Positions 15,835 through 29,169 of a stretch of 64,000 nt of DNA are shown here, one piece after another (the stretch's first letter is position 1; each line of letters begins with the position of its first letter). The translations under genes were made by a program, and so were the position numbers. The notes under the pieces were generated by a model. It worked only from the letters and a program-made list of their open reading frames with translations, searched no databases and was not told the DNA's origin. Source of the stretch: Eledone cirrhosa. Taxonomy: Eukaryota. The stretch covers positions 12,214,001-12,278,000 of the forward strand of contig OZ024755.1 in NCBI GenBank assembly GCA_964016885.1, in the 5' to 3' direction.

Positions 15835-16690
15835 GGCAGCAATAATGAGAGCTACATGTTGAAAAGTTATATTATGGTGGTCGTAGCTTGAGAAACACAG
15901 TGGAGGGGGCGCGCGCTAGATGTTGAAATGGTGGTGGTCGGAGGGAGAGGGACAATGAGAGTATTGTCTTAAAATGTTGATAGGATGGTGGTGGGTGAGA
16001 GTGACAATGGGTACCACATGTTGAAATGGTGATAGGATGACGGTGGTGGTGGTGGGTGAGAGTGACAATGGGTACCACATGTTGAAATGGTGATAGGATG
16101 AAGGTGGTGGTGGTGGGGAGAGTGACGATGAGAGCTACATGTTGAAATAGTGGTAGTGTTGGTGGAGGGGCGGTGAAAGCTAAATGTTAAAAAGGTGATA
16201 GGATGGTGGTGGTGGTGGTGGGAGTGAGTGACAATGAGATCTACATGTGGAAATGGTGACATGATCATGTTGGTGGGGGGGGGGGGGGGAGTGAGTGTGA
16301 CGATAAGAGCTACATATTGAAATGGTGGTAGGGTGGTGGTAGTCGGGGTGACAATGAGAGCTACATGTTGAAATGCTGGTGGTTGTGGTGGTGCTGCAGG
16401 GGAGAGGGGAGAGTGATGGTGAGAGCTACGTGTTGAAAAGATGATATGACTATGGTGGTGTGGAGGGTGATGGTGAAAGCTACATGTTGAAAGCTACATG
16501 CTGAAAAGGTGGTGGTGGTGGGGTATGAGTGATGATTAGAGCTACATATTGAAATAAAAAGGGGGGGGGTTATGGTGGTAGTAGTGGCAGGAGGAGTGAT
16601 AATGAGAGCAACATGTTGTAAAAGGAGGTAGGGTGATATTGATGGTGGCGGCGGCAGTGACAATGAGTGCTAGATGTTGAATTGTGGTAA
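15835..16690. repeat. Degenerate G-rich minisatellite
   Basis: Recurrent GAGTGACAATGAGAGCTACATGTTGAAATGGTG with variable (GGT)n spacers. Confidence 0.85.
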
Positions 16691-16870
16691 AATGATGGTG
16701 CCATGACAAAACATGGAGAGTAGACTCTGTAAATTGGTTGGCATTAGGAAGGGCATCCTGCTGTAGAAATCTTGCCAGACAGAAACCTATGGGCAACACA
16801 GAGGAGCCCTCTAACATGTCTTGTCTCAGAACATGACAACCCATCAAGCCCATGCCAACATAGACGTAAA

Positions 16871-17244
16871 ATGGTGACGATGGCGATGATGATGATGATG
16901 GTGGTGATGGTGGTGGTGACGATGGCGATGACGATGATGGTGATAGTGATGAGGTGGATGGTGACGATGGTGGTAATGATGGTGATAGTGATGAGGTGGA
17001 TGGTGACGATGGTGGTAATGATGGTGATGATGATGATGATGATGGTGGTGACGATGGTGATGGTGACCGGGATGATGATGATGGTGGTGATGGTGATGAT
17101 GGTGGTGGTAGTGGTGGTGGCGATGGTGATAGGGATGGCGATGGTGGTGATGGTGATGATGATGGTGACGATGGTGATGGTGATGATTATGATGGTGGTG
17201 ACGATGGTGATGGTGATGATGATAGTGGTGGTGGCAGTGGTGAT
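16871..17244. repeat. (GAT/GGT)n trinucleotide tract grown from a SINE tail
   Basis: Directly follows the SINE/LINE-type tail CCCATGCCAACATAGACGTAAAATG at about 16849-16873. Confidence 0.85.
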
Positions 17245-17625
17245 TTCCTATTTGTGTATAAAATGGCTGTCTATATTTTCTGTTCAAGTTTACTCTACAT
17301 TTCTAGTTCTACATTTTATGGCTGTTCTTTAACACTTGTTTTAAAAAAAAAACCCCATTATATTCAACTATAGGAAATAATATATTATACCTTTGGAATT
17401 TTAAATCATGTCTTTCAAATTTTTTGTTACAACATATTTAATCTATGGAATAATTTGTGACTTTGTTTCTCTATAGTTTTACATCAAATTTTCCTCTCCT
17501 GCATATCAAATAATTTTAATATTTATTTAGATATTTGAATCAGTTATTTATATAATTTTCAAAGCTCTTATGAAGACATCCCACAAATATTTAAAGATTA
17601 AAATTTCTTTCATTATGATTATTTG

Positions 17626-17810
17626 GCGGGGGATTGGCAGTATTGGGAGAGGGTCGGACGCCATGCTTTGCACCAAAGAGTTACGGCTCTTGCCATTCTG
17701 TGTTCAAATCCCGCCAAGGTTAACTTTGCCTTTCATCCTTACGGGGTCGATAAAATAAAGTACCAGTAATACACTGGGTAATTGCTGGCCTTGTGCCAAA
17801 AGTAGAAACA
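17626..17810 (+). mobile_element. SINE family M, full length, 14-bp TSD
   Basis: TSD ATTATGATTATTTG at 17612-17625 and 17811-17824. Confidence 0.92.
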
Positions 17811-18103
17811 ATTATGATTATTTGAAAAAAAAAAAATGTTTTTTTTTTAAATATGATTTAAACTATATAAATGATTTCAGAGTGTTGTTTCCTGGTTAAT
17901 TATAAAAATACATTTAATATTTGAAATGACACTAAATTTACAAAAAATATATTTCCTTAATATAATTTTGCCCTTTTTAAGGTTCCGATGTCAAAATTTA
18001 TGCATTTGTTTTTTTTAAAATCTCTACATATAAACACAATTTATGTAATAAATATGATTTACAAAAAGAAACAAATCAATGAAAATTATTCAGAGAGAAA
18101 AAA

Positions 18104-18580
18104 TAAGTGTTTCTACTTTTGGCACAAGGCCAGCAATTATCCCAGTGTGTTACTGGTACTTTATTTTATCGACCCCGTAAGGATGAAAGGCAAAGTTAAC
18201 CTTGGTAGGATTTGAACTCAGACCGTAAGGGACCGTAACTCTTTGCTGCAAAGCATAAAATAATAGTTTCTTATATATGCACAAGGCCAGCAATTTTGTG
18301 GGAGGGGCATGTCGATTAAATCGAACCCAGTGCGTGACTGGTACTTTATTTTATCGACCCCGTAAGGTGTAAAGACAAAGTTAACCTCAGCGGGATTTGA
18401 ACTCAGATCATAAAGGGCCGTAATTTGATGCTGCAAAGCATAAAAATAATTGTTTCTACTTTAGGCACAAGGCCAGCAAATTACCCAGTGCATTACTGGT
18501 ACTTTATTTTATCGACCCCGTAAGGATGAAAGGCAAAGTCAACCTCGGTGGGATTTGAACTCAGATCGCAAAGCATAAAA
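18104..18580 (-). mobile_element. Head-to-tail trimer of 5'-truncated family M SINEs
   Basis: Three units, each ending on the + strand in GCAAAGCATAAAA(A)TAAT. Confidence 0.88.
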
Positions 18581-19451
18581 ATAATGAAAAGACATATGCA
18601 CTCCATTATACACTACATCAGGGAATGTTGGTGTTTTGTTTTTTATATGTTTGAGGCAAGACAAGACGTTCGTTCGTAATATTTCATTATTTTTAGCAAT
18701 AGCTTTATATGCTTTTATCTTTTCAATTGAAGCAATTTTTCATATTTCAAATAATATTTATGTCAGATCAGGCTTCTGCAAGCTATTGGTACCGTTTAAC
18801 CTAGTACAACCTGCTTAATGGTTGATTGGTTGTGACTAAACTGGTTACCCCACCAGACCCTGGTTTGGTGAAGAGGGCAAGTGAAACCCCAGCAGCACAA
18901 AAAACTAGAGCCGTAAAAGAAGCAGATAAATTCCTTGGAGTCAAGGCCATCCATCCCAACTGTGTGTTAAACAGCTTCGCTGACCTGCAATTCACCAAGA
19001 GTGGTGAGTACAACTACACCACTGACATGGCCAAAACCAAACAGAAAACAGTGGAGGTCAACCAGGGAGAAGTTCCTCCAACAGGTGTGAGAAGGCTCTG
19101 GATTGGATTGGCTTGGAAATAATACTAATTTTCTTTAAAAAGTGTTAAATTATTGGTTTCATTAACACTTTTCTTACCATATTTGTAATCAAAGACACTA
19201 CCTATGATTTTCAAATCATTTTGAAAATAACCAAGAACTTTAAAGAATGTAGTAATATAAACTTCTCATCATAAAATTCATGCCTGGAACAAGGTTTCTT
19301 ACATAAAATTATAAGATTTTTAGATAATTATAAACACTTGAAAATATGATGCTATATATAATAGAACCAATGGCAGTTTGGTATTGAGAGAGTTGAATTA
19401 AAATAACAGAGGAAAGATCTATTAAACAAAATTAAATTACACATGCCATCA

Positions 19452-19580
19452 CAGTCTCTCTTCCATTGCTCCCTGCCATCACTGACACTCTTCCATCACT
19501 CCTAGCAAGCACTGTCTCTCTTCCATCACTCCCTGCAAGCACTGTCTCTCTTCCATCACTCCCTGCAAGCACTGTCTCTC
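19452..19580. repeat. 30-bp tandem repeat, about 4 copies
   Basis: TCTCTCTTCCATCACTCCCTGCAAGCACTG. Confidence 0.85.
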
Positions 19581-19729
19581 ATTTTTGCCAACCTCCACCT
19601 CCAAGTATTCTGTTTATTCCATCATACTCTCACTCTCTTTACCCACTCCCCCTCATTGCTCTCTTTCTCTCTCTCCCTCCCTCTCTCTCTCTTGTTCATT
19701 TTGTCTTGAAGGAAGAAGCACAATGACGA

Positions 19730-20150
19730 ACCATGTACTGGGTGCATCTTATCATGGCACCAGCAGTACCACTTTACAGAGTGTATTGGTTGCATTTTAT
19801 TGTGGCACTAACACTACCACTTCACAGAGTGTATTAAATGCATGGTATCATGGCACCAACAATATTACTTTACAGAGTTTACTAGGTCCATTCTATTGTG
19901 GCACCAGTGCTATAATTTTCCTGAGGAAACTGGGTGTATGTTATCATGGCACCAGAACTATAATTTTACAGTGTACTGGTTACGTTTTATTGTGTCACCA
20001 GCAGTACCATTTTACATAGTTTACTGGATTGTATTGTAGTACCAGCACTATAATTTTACAGAATGTACTGGCTGCATATTACTGTGGTACCAGTACTACC
20101 ATTTTACAGAGTGTACTAAGTGCATTTTATCCTGTCTCTAGCACCAAAGA
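19730..20150. repeat. Degenerate SINE-derived minisatellite of about 45-48 bp, about 9 copies
   Basis: Recurrent TGGCACCAGCACTACCACTTTACAGAGTGTACTGGGTGCATTTTAT-like units. Confidence 0.8.
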
Positions 20151-20193
20151 GGTTGCCATGTACTCAGCAAGACTGAAGAACGTCTCTACTTAA

Positions 20194-20958
20194 TCTATAT
20201 ATCTAAATCAGAGAATGTCTGTCTGCCTGTCTGACTCCCTAAAACTCGAGAACCACCCAACCGATGTTTTTCAAACTTTACACATATAATACTTATGGTC
20301 GTGTGAGTGTTTTGAGCAAAAGATATTTCAAATGTTCAATGCCCTAGGGACCGCATGAGGCAATTTAGCGATCTCTCTCTATAATTCTTAGTCTGTCTTT
20401 TTAGATAGATACATAGCTACGACGTCGCGCCCTTATAATATATGTCTGTATGTCTGGCTGTCTGCATTACGATATTATGATACTATCTGTGTGTGTATAT
20501 ATGTATATATAGTGTGTGTATATATATATAGTGTGTAACGTTTTTCGAAATATTTACTTCTGCATTCACAGATTGATTTTTTTTAGTTTCAGAAGATCCC
20601 GTTAAGGGTGAAAGCAGCGATTCTTCGCTTAAACTTTAATCTGTTATTTTAATATATATATAATTATATATTCGTGTACAGATATTTTTGCATACACAAT
20701 AACAAAATATAAACAAACGTACTTATTTCTTGAAGCTCGACAGCAGCAAAAACAACAAGAAAAAAGAGAGGGAACGCAATTACATGCTTTTGAAAAATCT
20801 TAATGGAAAATTATTTGCCTATTCACCCAAGGCGACTTCACTTTTTATTAGGACTTCTGCATCAATTGGTGAACATACGACGAAACTCTTTCAGAAAGGA
20901 GAGATAAACATGCCAATCTATGTTTAGAATCCCGAGCAACGCTGGGCCATTCTGCTAG
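20194..20958 (+). mobile_element. Non-autonomous Helitron
   Basis: 5' TC(TATAT) after an A, (CTGT)-type microsatellite near the 5' end, subterminal hairpin CCCGAGCAACGCTGGG, 3' CTAG followed by T, no TSD. Confidence 0.8.
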
Positions 20959-21256
20959 TTATTTACTATAGGAGATGCGGGTCATAAAACATTCAGACAA
21001 CGCATTTATCTTTGACATAGTTTTCATTCTCTGCTTAAATGAAATAGTTATTTTCACTTATATTGTAATATCTATGTGTCAACTGCTATTACATTGCAAC
21101 TAAAATACCTGATATTGCTAACACTGACATAGATTATATTTCAGCTATAACATTGCTGCAGTAAACTATACATAAACTAGACCAACTAAATTGCACTTAC
21201 GAAATCACTGGTGCTATCATAACTGAGGTCAGACAGCTATTTATGTGTTTGTTTAA

Positions 21257-21482
21257 CCTTTTAGTATTTAAACCAGCTGTATTCGGCCAGAATTCTCTCA
21301 CTACTTTCTGTTCAAACAGGCCATAACTGGCTTCTCATACTTATGTTAATGTATAGTTCTCAAAATAAATAATATCAAAATCTTATACAGTAGATTCGAT
21401 ATTAAGTGAGATAATTATGTGAAATAAAGTGTGTACCATGAAAATACAATAGTAAATATGGAGTAATGTAAATCCTAAAGGA
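21257..21482. mobile_element. TTAA-flanked piggyBac-type MITE, family B
   Basis: TTAA at 21253 and 21483. Homologous to 23257-23477 and about 39850-40040. Confidence 0.7.
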
Positions 21483-21875
21483 TTAACCCTTTCATTATCA
21501 TATTTCTAATATAAGTCAGTCTGTGGTATACAATATTTTTGAAAATCAAGAACTTGGAAGGATTTTATAAAATAACTAACTTTCTCAATATTAAGCTGGG
21601 GTAGGCTTTGTGGCTTAAAGTTATGTCCCTTTACATTCTGAATTCAAATTCTGTTGAGGTTAGCTTTGCCTTTCCTCCTTACAGGGTCGATAAAATAAAG
21701 TACCAGTGATGCACTGGGATCGATTTGGTCGACATGCTCCTTCCCCAACAAAAAAAAGTGTTAGCCTTGTGCCTAAATCAGAAATCAATATTAAGTTGGG
21801 GTCTGGAAAAAAAAAATATAATATATAATATAGAAAAGGCTTCTACGGGACTAGAACTGTTTCATTCAGGAGAAA

Positions 21876-21933
21876 TCATATATGGACTTTTATATATGTA
21901 TATATCTATACATATATAAAAGTCCATATATGA
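21876..21933. repeat. Short palindrome, about 58 bp
   Basis: TCATATATGGACTTTTATATATGTATA...TATACATATATAAAAGTCCATATATGA. Confidence 0.8.
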
Positions 21934-23256
21934 AATTATGAATATTTTTAGATAAATATAAACACTTTAATTACAGTTTCAGACAATTTGTTATCAAAAA
22001 CAAACTGCCTTGCAACTAATACTGGTTTTACAATACAAAGCTGTATATTTTAAAGTGTTTATATTTATCTGAAAAGATGACAATTGGCAGAGTTGTTAGA
22101 GACACAGTTGAAATGTCTCAGCATTTGTTCAAGCCCACTGCACTCTGATTTCAAATCCCCCTAGTAAAGATACTATAAACATTTGAATTAACAAACCTGT
22201 TTTAGATATTTCTGCTAAATCATTACAGAATATTAAGAAGTAATAACGAAAAAGCTATTTTACAAAAGCCCTTAAAATTCTTGATAACTTTTCAAAATGA
22301 TTTGAAAATTATAGGCAATGTATTTCATTGAAAATATGGTAACAAAATTTATTTCAAATATTTACCTCTTTCCATTACTTTTCTAATATGGTTAGCCAGT
22401 TAAAATTATATTATAATTACTTAAACTGTTGGCTTTTATTAATCTTCTTTGTAAACAAACACATTATTTGTTTTGCTTCTTTAGGATTATAGTTGTACAT
22501 TAGAAAACAGAATATAGAGAAATACTTTTTTTAATATAATTTAGAAAGATAGGCTTGTGTTGTTTAACAAATTATATTTTTTCATTTCTTAAATTTAACT
22601 AATTAAGCATTTTTAATGTGTCTCTAATTAGATAGCTTAGTATGCTTCTTCAAGCTAAACATACATTGGAGACAATTAAATGAAAACTTAAAACAATTTT
22701 CTAGAATATTATTGAAATCTGTTTTGCATATCAATTTCAATATTTAAGAAGTTCACTTCACAATCATGAGGACCTACGTTCGATCTTGGGCAAATATTTT
22801 TACCATAACCTCAGCTCAACCTTGTGAGTGAAATCGGGTTAACAGAAATCGTATAGAAACTTATCAGATGGATTGTACCTGTAATTCGAAGGTCCAGTCT
22901 TGTCACATATTATGTCATACTGACTCTACCTTAGAAGAGCATACATGTCTGTGGAATACTCAATCACTTATATATTAATTCACATGTTGGACATTCAGTT
23001 GATCAAACAACTATATGTACATCGTCAAAACTAATGGGAGACCATCATATCAATTTCTAAAAATTTAGTTCTCAAATTAATGAAAATGTTTCATATTTTT
23101 GCTATACTCACCTTGATTTTTATTTAATTTTACTGTTAAGTCAGGGATAGAACAGTGGTGATCATGGCCTATTTTAGGCTTCTAAAATAGATTTAGATGA
23201 AAAGGGAAAAGGAAAGATCGATTGTTAGATCAGACCAAGTAAACTATTTCCTTTAA

Positions 23257-23477
23257 CCCTTTCGCATTTAAACCGGCCATATCTGGCCAGAATTCTCTCA
23301 CCTCTTTCTGTTCAAACCCACCATAAGCAGCTGCTCATATTGATGTTAAGGCATTGTTCCCAAAATAAATAACATCAAAATCTCATACATTCGATACTAT
23401 GTAAGATAATTATGTGAGGTAAAGCCTTTTCTGTGAAAATATAATAGTAAATACAGAGTAATGTGAATGCTAAAAGG
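23257..23477. mobile_element. TTAA-flanked piggyBac-type MITE, family B
   Basis: TTAA|CCCTTTCGCATT ... AATGCTAAAAGG|TTAA. Confidence 0.78.
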
Positions 23478-23867
23478 TTAATCTTTCCATTACTAGTACT
23501 ATCTGCTAGTTATAACTCCTCAATGGAGCATGACTGCTTTTCCGGTGACATGTGGCAAGATTTGAACTGAGGATGCACAAAGCCAGAAAAAGTACTATAA
23601 AGGAATTCCTTCCTGCACTTTTAACAATTCCAACAATCCACCACCAATTGGTTGGTACTTTATTTATCAATGCTGAAAGACTAGGTTGACGTCTGTGAGA
23701 TTGGAATACTAAACATAAAGAACTGGAACAAATGCTGAAGCATTTAATATTTGTTAAGAAGAGGAAGCTGATGTTTCGAGACTTTCCTGTTAATTAACTC
23801 TTGAAATTTAAAGGGTAATTACCGAACATCCGCTTAACTAATGAAACAGTGTGAAAATTTTGAAATT

Positions 23868-24057
23868 TGAAATCTAGTCGTCCCAACGTAAACGACTATA
23901 ATAATAGTCAATCACTATAAATACTAGATGAGAAAAAAGGGACAGATTCCTGACGAAGAATTTGATTTCTTGCAGACTTTTTCCCACCTCCAGGAGTACT
24001 TTACCTGATTTTTTCAACTATTATTATACTCCTTTTTGTTGGGATGACTACATTTCA
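23868..24057. mobile_element. Putative MITE with about 20-bp inverted repeats
   Basis: TGAAATCTAGTCGTCCCAAC ... GTTGGGATGACTACATTTCA. A related half copy lies near 31988-32065. Confidence 0.5.
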
Positions 24058-25234
24058 GAACTTATTTTATTTTATTTTTTTACTTTGTATATCAAAAGCT
24101 TTGCTTATGATGATGATGATCATCATCATCATCATCATCCTCATCGTTCAGTGGAACCAGTTTATTCAGTGACAAAGGAAACGTCAACAATAGAACTTGT
24201 TTTATAGAATATGTATGTAAAAGGTAAAGAGAAATAACAAAGCAAACAACACAGTACATTGAAGAAATATATTAGTTTAACGCTTGAAATAGTTAGCATT
24301 AGAAAAGGCATCCAGCTGTATCAACCAAGCCAAAATACAGATCCGTTTGAGCATGACATGGTCTCTGGACCTGACTTGACTCCTAACATAACAACCTATC
24401 TAATGCATGCAAGCATGGAAAAGTAGACATTAAATGGTGATTTTATGTATATATATATATATATATATATGTACCATGATGGGCTTTTGTTGTTTCTGTC
24501 TACCAAATTTCACTCGCAAACCATTAATCAACCTATCCAAAGTGCCACATACTGAAAGTGAACCTGAAACTATGTGCCTACACCTAGACTATTACAAATT
24601 CTATGAGTTTGCAAATGTTAGTTTAATCTTCAAATCAATTATATACAGTGTGTCATGGGCATTTAAACTTGGCAGAGCCTATTACTCTCCAGGTCTCAAC
24701 ACAGCTGATTCTTTCTTCCAGTGAGAAAGAAATATAGAGGAAGAATTAACCCCAGTGCTGACCTGGTACTTTATTTATCAACTTGAAAAGATTGAAAAGG
24801 AAAAGTTAACCTTGTAAGATTTTAACTTGCACTTCAGAAACTTGAATGGAGGCTGCAGAGCATTCTACTCAACATTCAGTAACTCTGAAAATTCCCCACC
24901 TTCAAATCAGTATTTTCTTAAAAAATTTATATAAGAAATTTTTATTCATTTATCAAATGTTTCATCTTAAAAATGTATTCAGCACTTTTTGAAATATTCA
25001 GAATAATAAATACTGGGGCAAATTTCTGTAAATCTAATTATTCACACAAATCATTTCAACATTTACATCAGAATTTACAGAAAATACATCCATGTTGCTG
25101 AATGTTATATTTTGCTCATAAATATATACTGAAGAGTAGATGATAAAAAATTTATCTCATACAATTTGTCCTTATGGATTTTTTTTCTTTTACAATTGAC
25201 ATTACTGAAGAGAACATATTCCTTTTCATATAAA

Positions 25235-25834
25235 CTGTCTGAAACTGCACCTGGTTCTGTAATACAAAACTGTTTTAAAGTGTTTATATTTATTTGCAAA
25301 TATTCTATCATAATTTCATATATGGACCTTTGTTAATTCATGTTCCAAACACCAACTTAATAACATTAAAAGTTAGTTAAATTTCTAAATCTCTCCAACT
25401 TTTTGATTATTTTCAAAATTATTTCAAAATCATAAGCAGTGTCTTTCATTAGAAATAGATAGATATAAACACCTTCCATCACAATTTCATGTTTAACACA
25501 TTAATTATAGAGAATAATAAAATTTACACAATTTTGTTAAATTATATTCCAAACACTAACTTATTAACAAGAAATGTAGTTATATTACTAAATCCTTCCA
25601 AATTCTTGTTTATTTCAAAACTAATTGAAAAACATAAGCAGTATCTTTCATTAGAAATACAGTAACAAAAGGTTTAAAGCATTTATCTTTATCTAAAAAA
25701 TGTTCCAAACACGAGCTTAATAATGAGAAAGTTAGTTATGTTACTAAACACCTCCAAATTTTTGATTATTTTCAAAATCAATAGAAAAGCATAAGCACTG
25801 TCTTTCATTAGAAATATGGTAACAAAAGGGTTAA
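25235..25834 (-). mobile_element. piggyBac-type MITE family A, tandem partial copies
   Basis: Three repeats of TTCCAAACACCA...TTAATAA...AGTT...TTTCAAAA...TTTCATTAGAAATA, ending AAAAGGGTTAA. Other copies near 19160, 21487, 37560, 38640, 41800, 49645, 53210 and 57535. Confidence 0.7.
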
Positions 25835-26630
25835 ATATACAGGGTCTTTGGTTACAAATATTTGAGGGACTTCATCTTCTTTTCATCCTCCCACTTCTTT
25901 TCATCCTTCCTGGTGGTGTTGAGGGGGCAGAGTCCTTAAGCTTGTCTTCCAGCAGGTCCTCTCAGGAGCAGCCATCTCCCTTGCTATTCCCTAGGGTAAC
26001 ACATTTGCTATTCTGTCTCCTGCGGACCATGTGGCAACATCCACCTAATGTCTTACAAAAGTCATGAGATGGTGGTGTTATGAATTAGTGTCATTTGACT
26101 GACAGATAGAACATAAATTTATATCAGTACAACTTATTAATGAAAATAGATGGGATTATCTAATAACTTGACTAGAAGTCTGAAATCTTCTGTGATAGCT
26201 TGTATTAAATGATAAATTAAACATTATACAGTGACATAAGCTGATTCAAGAAAATAAGATCTGAAAACATTGGTCTTTTATATGACATTCTCAAGATGAT
26301 TTTCTCATTTACTGTGATCGGGACGGAGTTGGCTACCTGTAGCAATGAACCCTAGGAGCTGGATTGACTCTTTCAGTAACACATTTCTCTCATTATCTTC
26401 TGGGATAGCTTATATTGAATGATAAATGAAAAGCTATATAGTGACATAAACTGATTCAAGAAAATAAGATCTGAAGACCCTGATCTTTCATAGTTTATTT
26501 ATATGACTTTTTTAAGATGATTTTCATATTTATGGTGATTGGTATGGAGTTGACCACCTGTAGGAATGTGCCCCATGTGTTGATCTGGTTCTTTTAGTAT
26601 ATCTTCCTTTACTATTCTCTGTCTATTAGA

Positions 26631-26815
26631 ATAATTGTTTCTACTTTTGGCACAAGACCAGCAATTATCCCAGTACATTACTGGTACTTTATTTTATCGA
26701 CCCCGTAAGGATGAAAGGCAAAGTAAACCTCGGCAGGATTTGAACTCAGATCGTAAAGGGACGTAACTATGCTGGAAAGCATGGCCTCCGACCTTCTACC
26801 GATACTGCCAATCCA
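26631..26815 (-). mobile_element. SINE family M
   Basis: Reverse complement of the family consensus seen at 17626. Confidence 0.9.
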
Positions 26816-27632
26816 CAATGAGGCAACATTCATCCAGCTGATGTTGTGCACTTTAGAAAGGCAGAATAAGTTACTGGAAGAATAATGTTTCATTGGTTGA
26901 TTTATGTTGTTATTGTTAGTCAGTGTGTGTATGTGTTGGATCTCCATCAGTTCCAACGATGAGTGTTCCATTTGTTCAAACAACATAACAGCCTGCTTAT
27001 GAAATCAATGTACAAGTGGCTGAGTATTTCACAGATAAGTGCACCCTAAGCGTAGTACTCAGGAAGATTCTGCATGACAGAGTGAGTGACAAGGCTAACC
27101 CCTTGTGTTACAGCTACAACTCAGTTTTGCCAGCTGAATGGACTCGAGCAATGTGAAATAAAATTTCTTGCTCAAGGACACATGTCGCTGGAAATCCAAT
27201 TCATAACCTTGTGATTGTGAACCAAATACCATTAGCACTAAGCCACTATACATGCATACATATAAATACACACACACACAGACTATAGAATAACTTCAGC
27301 TATAAGTTACAGTAAAACTAGGTTTTCCTTTTTTACACTGAACTACATTCGTTGTGAGTAATTAACCTTTTCACTGTACCAGTATAACCTAGTTGGGTAT
27401 GTTTTCCTCGTTTTTAAATAATATATTTTATCTGATAATAGGTCACACATAATTAACCCTTTTGATACCAACCTAGCCAAAACTGGCTCTGATTCTAAAC
27501 TAAGCCACCCATTTTAAAGTGTTCCTATTTAAATTAAATCTTCCAGCATAAGAACCACATGTTATGTTAGTATCTTAGAAATGAAATAATTAAAATTTTA
27601 GTAAATCATTCAATATTCTTCATTAATTAATG

Positions 27633-27850
27633 GTTTCTTATATAGGCACAAGGCCAGCAATTTTGGGGGGAGGGGAAAATCGATTAAATCGACCCCAGTA
27701 CGTTACTGGTGCTTTATTTTATCGACCCTGTAAGGATGAAAGGCAAAGTTAACCTCGGCGGGATTTTAACTCAGACTGTAAAGGACCGTAACTCTATGCT
27801 GCAAAGCATGGCGTCCGACCATCTACCGATATTGCCAATCCACCGCCCTC
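27633..27850 (-). mobile_element. SINE family M (long-tail variant) with 18-bp TSD
   Basis: TSD ATTCTTCATTAATTAATG at 27615-27632 and 27851-27868. Confidence 0.92.
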
Positions 27851-28829
27851 ATTCTTCATTAATTAATGATACTTATGAGGGTACTTGACTAATGGAAATT
27901 ATATGAGTGTCTTGGTTTTCATTCTGTGGTGTAGTGTGTAATCGGGTGTGTGTTTTCTTCCATTTTTTTCCTTCGTTTTTCTTCTTTTTTATTGATTTGT
28001 TCCTTCTGAAAGCCATAAACATTATATAATTTAATGAGAGAGAAAAAAGAAAAAGAAAGAAAATAGTAGGGGGAAAATGAGGATATGGGCAAACTCTACA
28101 CCCTTGACTGCATGGTATATCAGCTGTGCCTCACAAACAAACAGGCATTGCTGTGGGGAGCAGCTAGTGATATGCACTGCATCACCCTTTCCACCTCATA
28201 GGGCTCCTTCTTTAGGCGTAATATTTCCTCCTGATTTGGCAGAGAATAAACACAGTTCAGGGACTGAGGACACCTGAGGTCTCAAAGCTGAATAACTGGA
28301 ATAAATGTTAAGATGTGTTATATGATTGCCTTCCTACAAAAAATATCTACTCTATGTATCTTTCAATTATGCGAATGTGTGTGTGTTTCAGTATTTGTAA
28401 GAGACTAAGTTAGTAATTATCACTTTAATCATTTGTACTTTTTCTAGGTTATACTAACCTAGCTTCTATAAATATATCTGCCCATGGTAGCTCTTTTATG
28501 TGAGGAGGTAAATAAATATGAAATAAGGCAGTAAAAGAAAATATACATTCTCCTAATCTTTATTGGCAACTCATCAAATATTATATCTATGTTAACATTT
28601 CCATTTTTATTTGATTAATTTCTCTTGAGAAATTTTTTCTTAGCAAATTTTATATTTTAATTTACTGCACACAGTTATTATTTGTTATAACTTGATAAGT
28701 TAAACTCATGTTTATTTTTTTAAAAACTTGGTTATCTATATTATTTGTACTTAACTTAGTGGTTAGGGTGTTCAGCTCCCAATTGTAATGTTATGAGTTC
28801 GATTCCTGGTTATGCATTGTGTCCTTGAA

Positions 28830-29169
28830 GGATGAGACCCCTTCAACCATGCTCCACCAGAAGCTGGGTGTGGATGAGATCACTGCTGTCCTTCATACAC
28901 AACGTCTCCTTTTGTACGGACATGTACAGCGAGTCATCAACTCCATCACTCACTTGGCGATCCCTGACACTAGAGATCACGGCAGACCAAGGAAGACGTG
29001 GTTGGAGTGCATGAAGAGTGATTTGTATAAATGGAACTTGGCTGATGTCGATACTATGGACAGAAGTTCGTGGAGAGCGGCCATGAGACATTGCCTGGTG
29101 TTGCCTACCTCAGACCCTGGGACAACCGCAGCACCCTAAAGACTAAAACTAGATGTGGATGGATGGTTG
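28830..29169 (+). mobile_element. RTE-clade LINE 3' end nested in a CORE-type SINE
   Basis: QRLLLYGHVQR...GRPRKTWLECMKSDL...DRSSWR with a (GGAT)-type tail. The host SINE is split between GTGTCCTTGAA (28819-28829) and CAAGACACTTTATTTC (from 29173). Confidence 0.85.

Noticed and set aside
16772-17373. Poly-His, Asp/Gly and Met/Val ORFs
   Set aside because: Three frames of a (GAT/GGT)n tract grown from a retroelement tail, with no splice or domain support.
23760-23975. CTGACGA-AGAA...TTCT and a reverse-strand CGAAACATCAG as hammerhead pieces
   Set aside because: No matching GAAA or CUGANGA in the correct place on the same strand.
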